Shown here in pieces: positions 35,111-43,821 of a stretch of DNA of 56,239 bases. The translations under genes and the position numbers were made by a program. Positions within the stretch are counted from its first letter, which is position 1, and the number at the start of each line of letters is the position of its first letter. Under the pieces are notes generated by a model, which was given only the letters and a program-made list of their open reading frames with translations, did not search any database and was not told the DNA's origin. Source of the stretch: a virus (Duplodnaviria; Caudoviricetes); IMG/VR virus record IMGVR_UViG_3300044711_000029, positions 1 through 56,239 of that record; one strand, given 5' to 3'.

Positions 35111-35334
35111 CCACCAACCCAGCGGCAACGTGCATATCCAACCGTTACATCATCATCGACGACCCTGAATCCCCTGGAAGATTCCTAGTCGTCGGCCATC
35201 ACAAACTAATGGGCATGGACAGGCGCGGTAGCCACGCGACGCTTACGCAAGCTGAGCGGTCGCTTTGGATTTGCCGGCGCGTGCCACAAGCGAAGCGAAA
35301 ATACCCGGAGGCGATTGCGGAGTTTTATTGGTAA
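35107..35334 (+). CDS. hypothetical protein
   Basis: GGAG RBS, ATGA coupling. Confidence 0.55.
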   Translation: MTTNPAATCISNRYIIIDDPESPGRFLVVGHHKLMGMDRRGSHATLTQAERSLWICRRVPQAKRKYPEAIAEFYW

Positions 35335-35368
35335 TGACCAACCCACAACCCAGCGGCGAGGAGGGGTA

Positions 35369-35680
35369 ATGAAGGCGACTGACACTGAACTGTGGGTGGA
35401 ATACGATGAATATGGCAGGGCCGTTATTAGGCCCGATTCCGTTCTTTACGGTGCGCGCCCTGAAGATGTTGGCAAGCAATCCGCTCCAGGCTGGAAGGTG
35501 GCAATGATCGACCCGCAGGACGGACGTGTGATGCACTTACGCATGATTTTCTTTCGCGAGATAGATGCCAACATGGCCAAGGCTGCACTAGAGCGCGCTG
35601 GTCTTGGCTGTGTGCGCGAATTGATTAAGACGACAGCCGACGAGAGGGAACGCATCATGGCCGAGGCCCTTCAGTGGTAG
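35369..35680 (+). CDS. hypothetical protein, paralog of 50282-50584
   Basis: F.RE.DA..A..AL..AGL...LQW shared. Confidence 0.7.
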   Translation: MKATDTELWVEYDEYGRAVIRPDSVLYGARPEDVGKQSAPGWKVAMIDPQDGRVMHLRMIFFREIDANMAKAALERAGLGCVRELIKTTADERERIMAEALQW

Positions 35681-35688
35681 GAGCGAAG

Positions 35689-36120
35689 ATGCAAGAGCCA
35701 ATCGTATTCACGGTGCCAGCAATTCCCGTAGCCCAACCGCGGCCTAAAGCAACCTCGTTTAACGGCCACGCGCGAGTGTATGAAGCCGCCAAGAGTCATC
35801 CAGTACATGCGTTCAAAGCCAGTGTCCGCGCTGCCGCCGCTGCTGCTTACGACGGCCCGCCGCTGGAAATGGCGCTGGCGTTGACAGCCGTGTTTGTGAT
35901 GCCTCGCCCCGGTTCAATGCTATGGAAGAAGCGGCCGATGCCACGCGCCCACTATTGCGTCTCGCGGAACGATTGGGACAACCTAGGAAAATCCGTAAGC
36001 GATGCTTTGAATGGCCTTGTCTGGCGCGATGATGGGCAAATTGTTGTTGCGAGAGTCGAGCGGTGGATAGCGTCCGGTGACGAGCAGCCGCACGTCGAGA
36101 TAGAAATCAAACCCGCATAG
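35689..36120 (+). CDS. rusA: RusA-family Holliday junction resolvase
   Basis: PV.QPRP, DWDNLGKSVSDALNG.VW.DD.QIV. Confidence 0.92.
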   Translation: MQEPIVFTVPAIPVAQPRPKATSFNGHARVYEAAKSHPVHAFKASVRAAAAAAYDGPPLEMALALTAVFVMPRPGSMLWKKRPMPRAHYCVSRNDWDNLGKSVSDALNGLVWRDDGQIVVARVERWIASGDEQPHVEIEIKPA

Positions 36121-36129
36121 GAGCCCCCG

Positions 36130-36816
36130 ATGAGTGAAGTGAAACTAGGACAACTACTTAATGCCTCTGCTAAACGTGACGCAATTCACATTGCCATCGC
36201 GCCGGTGATTGCCAGCGAGAAATTGAACCCTGGGCAGCGAATTGGTTTTGATGAGCCTGGCTGCGAGAAGGTACGCGGTCGCCTGGACGGCATCGGTATT
36301 GTTGATCCGTTCCTGACCGAGCCTATCGTGAAGGGCCAGCGGTTCTACATGCTGTTGATGCCCAACACAATCACGTCACTGCGCCACGAGTGGACGCATC
36401 CGGCGTTCATCGGCGCCAGGAGTAATACGCCTGTGCCGAGCTTCGACGAGCGGCGGGCGTTCCTGGCGGAAATTGCCCTAGCCCCCGATGACGAATTGCC
36501 GCACAAGATTTACGCCGACTGGCTGGAGAAGCACGGGGAGATTGAGGAAGCAAAGAAACATCGGGAGTGGTCGCACGACAAGGCGTCTGCGGAAGATTGG
36601 CTGCGACACTATGCCAAGCGAGTTTGCCCTTACGACGATGAGAACGCTTACGAGCGGTTTATGGATCGTGTGAAAGAAGGAGATATTTTTTATCACGGCA
36701 AACACTGCCACTATTCCGGCGAGGTAGAAGATGCGGATGAATTGTATCGGCGGCTTTCCATCGTGCTTGGCCGACAAGTCGGTGAGGGCAGTTTCACTTT
36801 TTCATGCTCATGCTAA
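36130..36816 (+). CDS. phage protein with inserted TIGR02996-like repeat-companion domain
   Basis: RDAIHIA..GIVDPFL..TSLRH.W.HP.F; ERRAFLAEI...PDD.....IYADWLE.HG; ends FSCSC. Confidence 0.75.
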   Translation: MSEVKLGQLLNASAKRDAIHIAIAPVIASEKLNPGQRIGFDEPGCEKVRGRLDGIGIVDPFLTEPIVKGQRFYMLLMPNTITSLRHEWTHPAFIGARSNTPVPSFDERRAFLAEIALAPDDELPHKIYADWLEKHGEIEEAKKHREWSHDKASAEDWLRHYAKRVCPYDDENAYERFMDRVKEGDIFYHGKHCHYSGEVEDADELYRRLSIVLGRQVGEGSFTFSCSC

Positions 36817-36827
36817 AGGAGCCCTCG

Positions 36828-38159
36828 ATGACGACCCAAAAGCTACCGATGGTTGGCAATTCGATATGCATGATTACGCAAAGCTCGTCCACTCCCGAAC
36901 ATGACGGAGAATGGTTCGTGTGGCGTGGCAACGGCGACACACTGAGTCATCAAGGAACATGGGATCCAAGCTCAGACAAGATCGACTATTGGCCGACCCT
37001 CGCCGGCGCCGAGGCCGCGATACGCCAGTTTGCAGAGAGAGAGCAGGCAGCCGGGACACAGGCAGATCAGCTTTCGAGTCCGCCTGTTCAGTCGCCAGAC
37101 GCTCGGCTGCCTGCCTGCTCTTCTGCGGAATGGAAAGACGCTGATGACAGCCCGCCTGAGTATGGCGTACTGGTTCGTGTGCGTTGCCATGACGGAGTTG
37201 AATTCGACGCCTGCCGTGCGACAAGTGACGGTAAGTACCTCAGAGAGAATTGGGGGACATTCAGTGGCGTCAGGTATTGGAAGCCGTTAGCCGCCCCCAC
37301 CCCCGCTCCTACCTGCTCTGCTGATGACGGTCTCGACAAGATCGACGCTCGCAATGAGCGAACCGATAGAGATTACGAAGCAATGCTAGCCACCCCCGCT
37401 CCTGCCGCCGAGCCGCACAACTTCACCCTCAACCCGACAATCCAGCGGCAAGTGCCAGGGCGGTACGTGACGGATGATGAGCCTGCCGACGTGCCAGCCG
37501 GGAAGGTTGGCGAGAAGGACAATCTATTTTGGCCGCCAGCCGATGATATTGAAACACTGCCCTACGAAGTTCGACACGGCAGAACAAGAGAGTACGTGCT
37601 GATGTCAGCTAGGCAATTGGCGGAATTGCTCACCACCACCCCCTGCCCCCGGTGCGAGGAGTTGGCGGCGGAGAAAGAGTCATGGCAGGCGGACGCAAAG
37701 CTGATCTGGGACAAGCTGCAAGCACTCGCCCCGTGGTGCGAATCAAATGACATGGAATGGATCGACGAAATAATCTGCGGCTTCTCCGGCGTCGAACAGA
37801 ACATCGAGCAGCTAACCGCCGAGTGCGAGCGGCTGCGGGGTGGTAAGTGGACCGACGATGAACTAGACGCCCTTGGCGATAAACTGTCTTGTGCCTGGAA
37901 ACTGATTGCTGACAAGAGGCAAGAGAACCTCGACGCCGCACTATCCAAACTCCTCGCTGCCGAGGCGGAACTAGCGGAACTGCGCGTAAAACTCTCCGCC
38001 CAAATCGACGCCCAACTCGCCTTCGTCCGCGACTTCGACGCCGCTATTCGCGCCAAGTGCCAACACCACGGCATCGAGTTGCCTGTGATTGAGGGGCCTA
38101 TTGACCAGGCGATTGGGCAATGGTTGGCGGAACTGCGGGGGAGAGTACCAAATGCCTAA
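36828..38159 (+). CDS. mosaic multi-module protein (includes DUF551-like segment and coiled coil)
   Basis: W.D....PP....V.V...V.YW.PL segment; repeated TPAP linkers; C-terminal coiled coil. Confidence 0.65.
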   Translation: MTTQKLPMVGNSICMITQSSSTPEHDGEWFVWRGNGDTLSHQGTWDPSSDKIDYWPTLAGAEAAIRQFAEREQAAGTQADQLSSPPVQSPDARLPACSSAEWKDADDSPPEYGVLVRVRCHDGVEFDACRATSDGKYLRENWGTFSGVRYWKPLAAPTPAPTCSADDGLDKIDARNERTDRDYEAMLATPAPAAEPHNFTLNPTIQRQVPGRYVTDDEPADVPAGKVGEKDNLFWPPADDIETLPYEVRHGRTREYVLMSARQLAELLTTTPCPRCEELAAEKESWQADAKLIWDKLQALAPWCESNDMEWIDEIICGFSGVEQNIEQLTAECERLRGGKWTDDELDALGDKLSCAWKLIADKRQENLDAALSKLLAAEAELAELRVKLSAQIDAQLAFVRDFDAAIRAKCQHHGIELPVIEGPIDQAIGQWLAELRGRVPNA

Positions 38160-38334
38160 GAAAGGCCAGCCACGCTGCAAGAAGTGCGGATACTGCAAGT
38201 GGACGTGCTTGAAGATGACCGCCACGACGGCACACATTGCGTGTCAAAACTGCGGGAATCAGACCATTACAAAATCCAAGAGGGCGATGCGAGACTTCGA
38301 CGAACGCGAGCGGCAGTTTCACTATCGCTACTAG
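38152..38334 (+). CDS. small zinc-ribbon protein
   Basis: CKKC...CQNC. Confidence 0.55.
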   Translation: MPKKGQPRCKKCGYCKWTCLKMTATTAHIACQNCGNQTITKSKRAMRDFDERERQFHYRY

Positions 38335-38373
38335 CCGCAGTCGATCCAATCTTTGCCGCGAAGGAGGTGGGGG

Positions 38374-38655
38374 GTGATACTCATTTTGAATGATGAATTC
38401 ATCGAAGCGGAACCAATCACTCCGGCTTACAGCCATCCAATGCCGCTAGGCAGCTATCGGCACGTTGCCGGTGGTTCGGCCGTGGTTAGCTGCCCGCAGT
38501 GCGGCAAATATTTCTACTTCAAGCACGAGATGCACGAGATTGTTCGTCTAGGTAATCACGGCGTAGTGCGGTTCGTTGAATGTCCGCGTTGCGATTGGTA
38601 CGGCACGCTGGCTTTACTTGCGTGGTTTAATAGCCGCGAAGGAGGTGGAGGGTGA
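38374..38655 (+). CDS. zinc-ribbon protein (cassette flanked by 23-bp repeats)
   Basis: CPQC...CPRC; AAGGAGGT RBS with GTG start. Confidence 0.65.
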   Translation: MILILNDEFIEAEPITPAYSHPMPLGSYRHVAGGSAVVSCPQCGKYFYFKHEMHEIVRLGNHGVVRFVECPRCDWYGTLALLAWFNSREGGGG

Positions 38656-39191
38656 GTGCGTTATTTGAAACCACGTCGCACGTCCACCGTTCAGCCGAGA
38701 TTAGTGAGTGTGGCCGCTATCGCTGGTGGCTGCGGCGCTCGTGGCAGCTTTGGGACGGCCAAGGGCTGCACGTCCAGGGCAAAGGTGTCTGCTGCTTTGT
38801 GATGCTCAACCCAAGCACAGCGGACGGGATGCAGGATGATCCGACGATCCGGCGGTGCATCGGCTTCGCGCGAGACTGGGGCTACAACACGCTGAGCGTT
38901 CGTAATTTATTCCCGTGGCGGGCGACGGACCCGAAGGAATTGAAAAATCCAAACGTGGACGTGTTCGGCGGGGACCGAGGCGAATCGGAATTGCTTGCGG
39001 CCTGCACTGCTGATTTCGTCCTGGCAGCATGGGGCGGCGATGTTCCTTTTGGCCGCGGCGAGAGAGCCGTCAAGTTGTTTCAGCATCACTTTCCTGGCAA
39101 GCCACTTCACTGCCTTGGAAAAACAAAAAGTGGCAATCCACGGCACCCGCTGTACGTAAAGGCGTCGGCGGTTCCAATCCCGTTTCCGTAA
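38652..39191 (+). CDS. DUF1643 family protein
   Basis: YR..L.R.W, MLNPSTAD...DDPTIRRC..FA, NLF..RAT.P, AWG, G.PRHPLY. Confidence 0.9.
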   Translation: MSALFETTSHVHRSAEISECGRYRWWLRRSWQLWDGQGLHVQGKGVCCFVMLNPSTADGMQDDPTIRRCIGFARDWGYNTLSVRNLFPWRATDPKELKNPNVDVFGGDRGESELLAACTADFVLAAWGGDVPFGRGERAVKLFQHHFPGKPLHCLGKTKSGNPRHPLYVKASAVPIPFP

Positions 39192-39207
39192 CCCAAGAAG
39201 GAATCCC

Positions 39208-39621
39208 ATGCGAAAACTAGCCCTATTTTTGCTCCTCGCCTTTGCCGCCCCAGTCGCCGCCCAAGACCCAGCGTACCTGCTCTGGCAATACTACGAGTCC
39301 GATGGCGACCCCGGCGAGCCGAACATCCTCTACGTACTGCGTCACTCGCCCGACCATCCGCGGTTCGTTGAACCTGGTAATGACTACATCGGTGCCGAGT
39401 TCACCTACCTATTCAACGGCGTCCCCAACGGTGAGTGGTACAACGATGCCGGCTGGTGCAAGTTTCAGTTCACGACGATTCCTGGCGTGCAGGGCGGAGG
39501 GCGAGTCGTTGGCTTCGGCGATGACTTGGCGGTACTGGCTCCGTGGGCTGTTGGGCTGCCGGATAGATACGCGCCGCCACTTGTGACGACGGCGACGAGC
39601 ACAAAGCGGAAGGGGCGGTAA
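39208..39621 (+). CDS. secreted protein (Sec signal peptide)
   Basis: MRKLALFLLLAFAAPVAA-Q. Confidence 0.7.
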   Translation: MRKLALFLLLAFAAPVAAQDPAYLLWQYYESDGDPGEPNILYVLRHSPDHPRFVEPGNDYIGAEFTYLFNGVPNGEWYNDAGWCKFQFTTIPGVQGGGRVVGFGDDLAVLAPWAVGLPDRYAPPLVTTATSTKRKGR

Positions 39622-39626
39622 AGTCT

Positions 39627-39941
39627 GTGAGCAACCGATTTATCCAACAAGAAATCGAAACGCACGAGGCATTGCTAAGCCGCGCGGCAGATGTTGTCGA
39701 GCAACTTGGGATGCCGACCGCTGCGGAGCATGTTCGCTGGCAAATCGAGTCCAAGGCGATGGAATACTTGGAGATGGCTATTGAGGCGGGCGTTGAAGCC
39801 GAGAAGGAAAAGATGGCAATCCAGTTTGCGATTCGGCGACGGCTGGAGCGAATGGAAGATCAGATTGCCTACCAGATTGCCTTAGCTTCAGTCGGGACTT
39901 CCGGCTGGACGACGCAGGGGTTTAGAACTTTTTATGGATAG
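39627..39941 (+). CDS. hypothetical protein
   Basis: Helical ORF between repeated boundaries. Confidence 0.6.
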   Translation: MSNRFIQQEIETHEALLSRAADVVEQLGMPTAAEHVRWQIESKAMEYLEMAIEAGVEAEKEKMAIQFAIRRRLERMEDQIAYQIALASVGTSGWTTQGFRTFYG

Positions 39942-39980
39942 TGACGGCAACGAGCACGCGAAAGAAAGGGGAAGTGAGCC

Positions 39981-40247
39981 ATGAGCAATAGCAAGCGGAC
40001 GAAGCGACACCCAATCCTGTTAGGCAAGGCGGAAGTTATTGACCCGCCTATTCGGCATGACGTGAAAATCATGCTCGAAAACGAAGGGCTGTATATCGCC
40101 ACAGCGCCCATCCTAGGCCGCGCGGAGGCTCCGCTCGTTTCGATGGGCGGAAAGATTTACGCGCTGGATCAGGGCAAGGAGTTGCCGCCAGAGTCGTTTA
40201 TCGAGGGGTCTCTGTTCTATGGCCCTTATCGAGCACCGACGAAGTAG
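39981..40247 (+). CDS. hypothetical protein
   Basis: AAGGGG RBS. Confidence 0.6.
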   Translation: MSNSKRTKRHPILLGKAEVIDPPIRHDVKIMLENEGLYIATAPILGRAEAPLVSMGGKIYALDQGKELPPESFIEGSLFYGPYRAPTK

Positions 40248-40260
40248 AAAGCGAGCGAGC

Positions 40261-40491
40261 ATGAGCAAGCGGCGAGACCTGAAGTTGAAATCCGGCTTGG
40301 CGAAAAGCTCGCTACTCCGTTACGCGAAGTCGCCGCTGCTGGAACGCACCGAAGATGGCGACAACACACCGATCTATTTTCACAACACGCGGTGTTCCAG
40401 TTTTTGCGACTATGCCTGCAATGGGTCGCATGGGACGGATATCGCCGAGGACATTGCAGCTTTGGAAAGCGAGGCCGAGCATGGCAAGTGA
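40261..40491 (+). CDS. small Cys/His protein
   Basis: H...C.SFCDYACN. Confidence 0.6.
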   Translation: MSKRRDLKLKSGLAKSSLLRYAKSPLLERTEDGDNTPIYFHNTRCSSFCDYACNGSHGTDIAEDIAALESEAEHGK

Positions 40492-40861
40492 CGAGATTAA
40501 AGCGGCGGCGGACTTTCTGCGTCCGTGTATGGACATGGATGAACCGCCAACCCTGGCATCGTCCACGGCTATTAAGGCGATGTGGTGGCTCAGCCGTGCC
40601 TACCTTGCCGAGCGCGACGACCAGCCAATCGCGGAGGAGTGGTTGCGGGGACTGGGGTTTAAGCAGGACGACGAGCGGCCGTTTTTGTGGATCAACGAAG
40701 GCGGGCCGCCGAAAGCTGGAGGCTTTGACCTGTGCATGTGGAACGACGGCGATTGCACGCTCGAAGACCCGGATAACAGCATCATCCTGAATCAATGCAA
40801 AACCCGCGGCGACCTCCTGCGCCTCCTGGCCGCCCTCGGAATCACCCCGGAGAAAACGTAA
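40481..40861 (+). CDS. hypothetical protein
   Basis: PI.EEWL..LGF...TRGDL.RL..ALGI. Confidence 0.65.
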   Translation: MASDEIKAAADFLRPCMDMDEPPTLASSTAIKAMWWLSRAYLAERDDQPIAEEWLRGLGFKQDDERPFLWINEGGPPKAGGFDLCMWNDGDCTLEDPDNSIILNQCKTRGDLLRLLAALGITPEKT

Positions 40862-41178
40862 TGGCAAAGCGTGATGGAGTTTTCAGGAAGTTCAACGTCA
40901 GCCGAACGGATGGCACTGACCAGAAGCCAGGCGACAAGCACTTCAACTGCGTCTATTTTGTGCTGGACATTTCGCATGACCGCTTTGCGGCTGCCGCTCT
41001 GCGGGCCTATGCCAAGGCGTGCCAAATCGAAATGCCGGAACTGGCGAAGGATGTAGCCGACCTCGCCACTGTCAACGAAATCGAAACTGGTGTCGCATCC
41101 GTGACGCCAAAACAATTCCCGCCAGCTTGCTACGGCCCGGTTGTCAAGATCGCGATGGAAACCAAACTCGGAGAGTAG
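40861..41178 (+). CDS. conserved phage hypothetical protein
   Basis: KF.V.RTDG...KH..C.YFVLD..HD..A.AAL.AYA. Confidence 0.75.
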   Translation: MAKRDGVFRKFNVSRTDGTDQKPGDKHFNCVYFVLDISHDRFAAAALRAYAKACQIEMPELAKDVADLATVNEIETGVASVTPKQFPPACYGPVVKIAMETKLGE

Positions 41179-41193
41179 CGATAGGAAAACCAA

Positions 41194-41370
41194 ATGGCAA
41201 AGCGTAAGAAGGTGGCAGCGGTGAAGACCGTCGCAGCGCTCAAGCGACAGAACGCGGCCCTGCTTCGTCTGGTGAGAGAATTAAAGCACAGGCTGTTGAC
41301 GGTCGATTTGGCTGCACGGAGCCATATGCAAACTATCCGCGATGCACTGAATGCCATTTGTCATATCTAG
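41194..41370 (+). CDS. 58-aa basic coiled-coil protein
   Basis: AGGA RBS, start duplicates that of 40861; below ORF-track cutoff. Confidence 0.55.
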   Translation: MAKRKKVAAVKTVAALKRQNAALLRLVRELKHRLLTVDLAARSHMQTIRDALNAICHI

Positions 41371-41397
41371 CCGCCGCCTGTTGAGGAGCAAACGCAA

Positions 41398-41649
41398 ATG
41401 AGCAAGCTGACCACCGCTGAAATTCTCGCCGAGTGCGAGCGGGTGATTGCGCTCGATTCTCTGCGTTCTATTGATCCGCATACTAGCCGTAATCCTGGCA
41501 TTACCCCAGGCGAGTTAGCCGAACTTGGGACGCTGTGTCTTGATCTCGCTCCCCGTCTTGCCCGGCTCGTCAAGCGGCTGGTGGAGGCCCTTAAGCCCTA
41601 TCCAACAACCCTAGAAGCCGCCCTGGCCGACGTGGAGATTTCAGAATGA
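41398..41649 (+). CDS. hypothetical protein
   Basis: GAGGAG RBS. Confidence 0.6.
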   Translation: MSKLTTAEILAECERVIALDSLRSIDPHTSRNPGITPGELAELGTLCLDLAPRLARLVKRLVEALKPYPTTLEAALADVEISE

Positions 41650-42053
41650 GCAAGCTGCTGACGCGGGAAGAATTGGAGTCTCTTACTGTCGCCTGGGATC
41701 GCGAACCACCTGGCGTTTGGTGCAACCGCGAAAAACGACTGGCGGCGATTGAGACCTCCCTGCACTACATAGCCGAGTCCCAACGGCTCGCGGCGGTGGT
41801 GGAGAGGGTGGAATCAAAGCTGCAATGGATTTCCGAGCACGCGAGTTGCGATTATCCGCATTCCAAGGACGACGCTGTTGACGTGACGTGCTATGAGTGG
41901 ACGTGGGGATTCATCGTCACGAAGGGAGATCATCCGTCGTTTTCTGAAGCCGTGGACTACGAGATGGCAAAAACACAAGAGCAGCGGCAAGCAGAGCAGC
42001 AATGGGTGAAGCGGACTTTCTTCCCAGTGCAAGCCGCCCTGAAAACGGAGTAA
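41646..42053 (+). CDS. hypothetical protein
   Basis: GGAG RBS, ATGA coupling. Confidence 0.6.
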   Translation: MSKLLTREELESLTVAWDREPPGVWCNREKRLAAIETSLHYIAESQRLAAVVERVESKLQWISEHASCDYPHSKDDAVDVTCYEWTWGFIVTKGDHPSFSEAVDYEMAKTQEQRQAEQQWVKRTFFPVQAALKTE

Positions 42054-42056
42054 GCG

Positions 42057-42440
42057 ATGCCTGCCGAATACTGGAATACGCTACGGAAGAAACTCAAAGC
42101 CCGCAACGGCTTGACGATGCTATTTGGAAGGGCGGCAATCCCAGGCACGTTCACCGCCGAGGCTTACCACGAAGATTGCCCGATGCCGCTATGCGTCGTA
42201 TGGTTTGGATTCTTCGGCTTGCAGGGCATTCAAATCCAAAACAGTTTCACGTTTGAGTATGTGCGCCGTGCTGGTCTTCGCAGCTTCATTCATGAGCAAA
42301 TGGTCAAGGCATATCCAGATCGGTACGTCCTTTCCGGGGCTGGAACCAAGAGCGGAGAGGCGTGGATGAAGGCTGTCGGCTACCGAAAGACAGCGGCAGG
42401 GTGGGAGTGGCATCCGAAGAAGACAACGAAAACGGAGTAA
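42057..42440 (+). CDS. GNAT-like acetyltransferase (putative)
   Basis: I.NSFT.EYVRRAGL (motif A-like) and T..G.AW...GY (motif B-like). Confidence 0.5.
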   Translation: MPAEYWNTLRKKLKARNGLTMLFGRAAIPGTFTAEAYHEDCPMPLCVVWFGFFGLQGIQIQNSFTFEYVRRAGLRSFIHEQMVKAYPDRYVLSGAGTKSGEAWMKAVGYRKTAAGWEWHPKKTTKTE

Positions 42441-42443
42441 CAG

Positions 42444-42692
42444 ATGGAAGCGAAGGAACGCAACAAACACGGGGGCCAGCGGAGCGTGAGGCGGGAGCGG
42501 GCGAAGTTCCGGCGGAAGTCGCGCCGGGATAGCCGCTCCCATCGTAAGCTCACGATCCGCAAGGGCGACAAGTTTTCGTTCCGCGGGATGGAGATGACAT
42601 TTATCGGCGGGACCGGCAAGTTGACGGCCGACGTGCTGACGCCGGAGCCGTACCGGCATGTGTTCGCGGCGAAACTGGAGGAAAGGTCGTAA
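42444..42692 (+). CDS. basic hypothetical protein
   Basis: GGAG RBS; Arg/Lys-rich. Confidence 0.5.
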   Translation: MEAKERNKHGGQRSVRRERAKFRRKSRRDSRSHRKLTIRKGDKFSFRGMEMTFIGGTGKLTADVLTPEPYRHVFAAKLEERS

Positions 42693-42756
42693 GTCCTTAT
42701 CAGAAAAGCGTTTGCAGCTATCTTTGAAAATCCGTCATTTCCTTGCCGATAATCTA

Positions 42757-42784
42757 TTGTCGCACGCGAATAGTTGTGTATAAT
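42757..42784 (+). promoter_or_regulatory. sigma70-like promoter with imperfect palindrome
   Basis: TTGTCG-16nt-TATAAT; CTATT..TCGC/GCGAATAG dyad over the -35 and spacer. Confidence 0.65.
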
Positions 42785-42826
42785 CAACGCATCGGACACG
42801 CGGACACAAACACAAGGGGAATGAAA

Positions 42827-43000
42827 ATGGAAACCGCACGCAAAGCACTGGAAAGCATGAAAAAAGGCACCGCGACGATCCTGTGGGGTCGGATCGTGAT
42901 GCGGGTCGGGGACCGCTACTTGGTTGGCGAGACGATCAACATTCACGCGGCCGGAGTCAGCATCGACGAAGCGGCTGCGGTTCTGGCTGCGAGGGGCTAA
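42827..43000 (+). CDS. small early protein
   Basis: AAGGGG RBS, first ORF after promoter. Confidence 0.6.
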   Translation: METARKALESMKKGTATILWGRIVMRVGDRYLVGETINIHAAGVSIDEAAAVLAARG

Positions 43001-43098
43001 TGTTGCAATACATTTGGTGCTGCATGTGGCAAGTGAGACTCCTGATGTATCCGGGGGTCTGGGTTTGTAAGAGATGCCACAAGGTTCATTTGGAGTAA
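43000..43098 (+). CDS. 32-aa Cys-rich peptide
   Basis: TAATG coupling; CC...CKRC. Confidence 0.4.
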   Translation: MLQYIWCCMWQVRLLMYPGVWVCKRCHKVHLE

Positions 43099-43103
43099 AT
43101 GCG

Positions 43104-43619
43104 ATGTCTCACCTGCAAACTGACGGCGCTGCGATCATAGCCGCCGAGCGCCATCGTCAAATAGATGTCGAGGGCTGGTCGCACGATCACGACGATAGGC
43201 ACTCTGGTGGTGAGCTGTTGCGTGCGGCAATTGCATATTTGGAGGCCGGCTATGGGCAGGTTCGCGGGAGAGACGTAAAGTCTTTGCCGCCGATGGGATG
43301 GCCGTTTGAGCAATCGTGGTGGAAGCCAAAAGATGCGGAGAGAAACCTTGCCAGAGCGGGAGCGTTTATCGCTGCTGAAATCGACCGCCTGCGAAGAATG
43401 CCGCGTCCTATCTATCGAGTACAACTAGAGGCGGGCGTATGGCTCTCTGCCGGATATGGTGATCCGCCGCGCACGTGCGACCCAGAAAATGCCGCCTCGT
43501 TCACAACCAGAGTTGAGGCCGAAGCTGCGAAATCTGAGGCGCGCTGTTACCGTCCGTTTGTGAACGCGGTGATTCAATCGTCAATCGCACCACTTGGAGG
43601 GAAAAATGCCGCATCCTAA
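43104..43619 (+). CDS. conserved phage protein (ER.RQ..EGW...HDD.H..GEL family)
   Basis: AER.RQ...EGW..HDD.H..GEL..AA..Y, WP...WWKP...R.L..AGA.I.AEI.RL. Confidence 0.75.
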   Translation: MSHLQTDGAAIIAAERHRQIDVEGWSHDHDDRHSGGELLRAAIAYLEAGYGQVRGRDVKSLPPMGWPFEQSWWKPKDAERNLARAGAFIAAEIDRLRRMPRPIYRVQLEAGVWLSAGYGDPPRTCDPENAASFTTRVEAEAAKSEARCYRPFVNAVIQSSIAPLGGKNAAS

Positions 43620-43821
43620 AACCGCCGACGACGTTTGTGAGAACTGCATCCACTGGCGAGTAAAGATAGATTCTGCAACACCAGGAGACAGCCAGGGCGA
43701 GTGTCGGCGATTCCCGCCAGTGCCGTTTCCAGTCAATCAAGGAGAGGGGGCATGGATGTGGGCATTTCCACTCGTAAATCAAGGGCACTGGTGCGGAGAA
43801 TTCGAGGACGTTCGCAAATGA
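43606..43821 (+). CDS. small Cys-rich protein
   Basis: C..C..W...GECRRFPP...FP.V...WCGEF. Confidence 0.7.
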   Translation: MPHPKTADDVCENCIHWRVKIDSATPGDSQGECRRFPPVPFPVNQGEGAWMWAFPLVNQGHWCGEFEDVRK

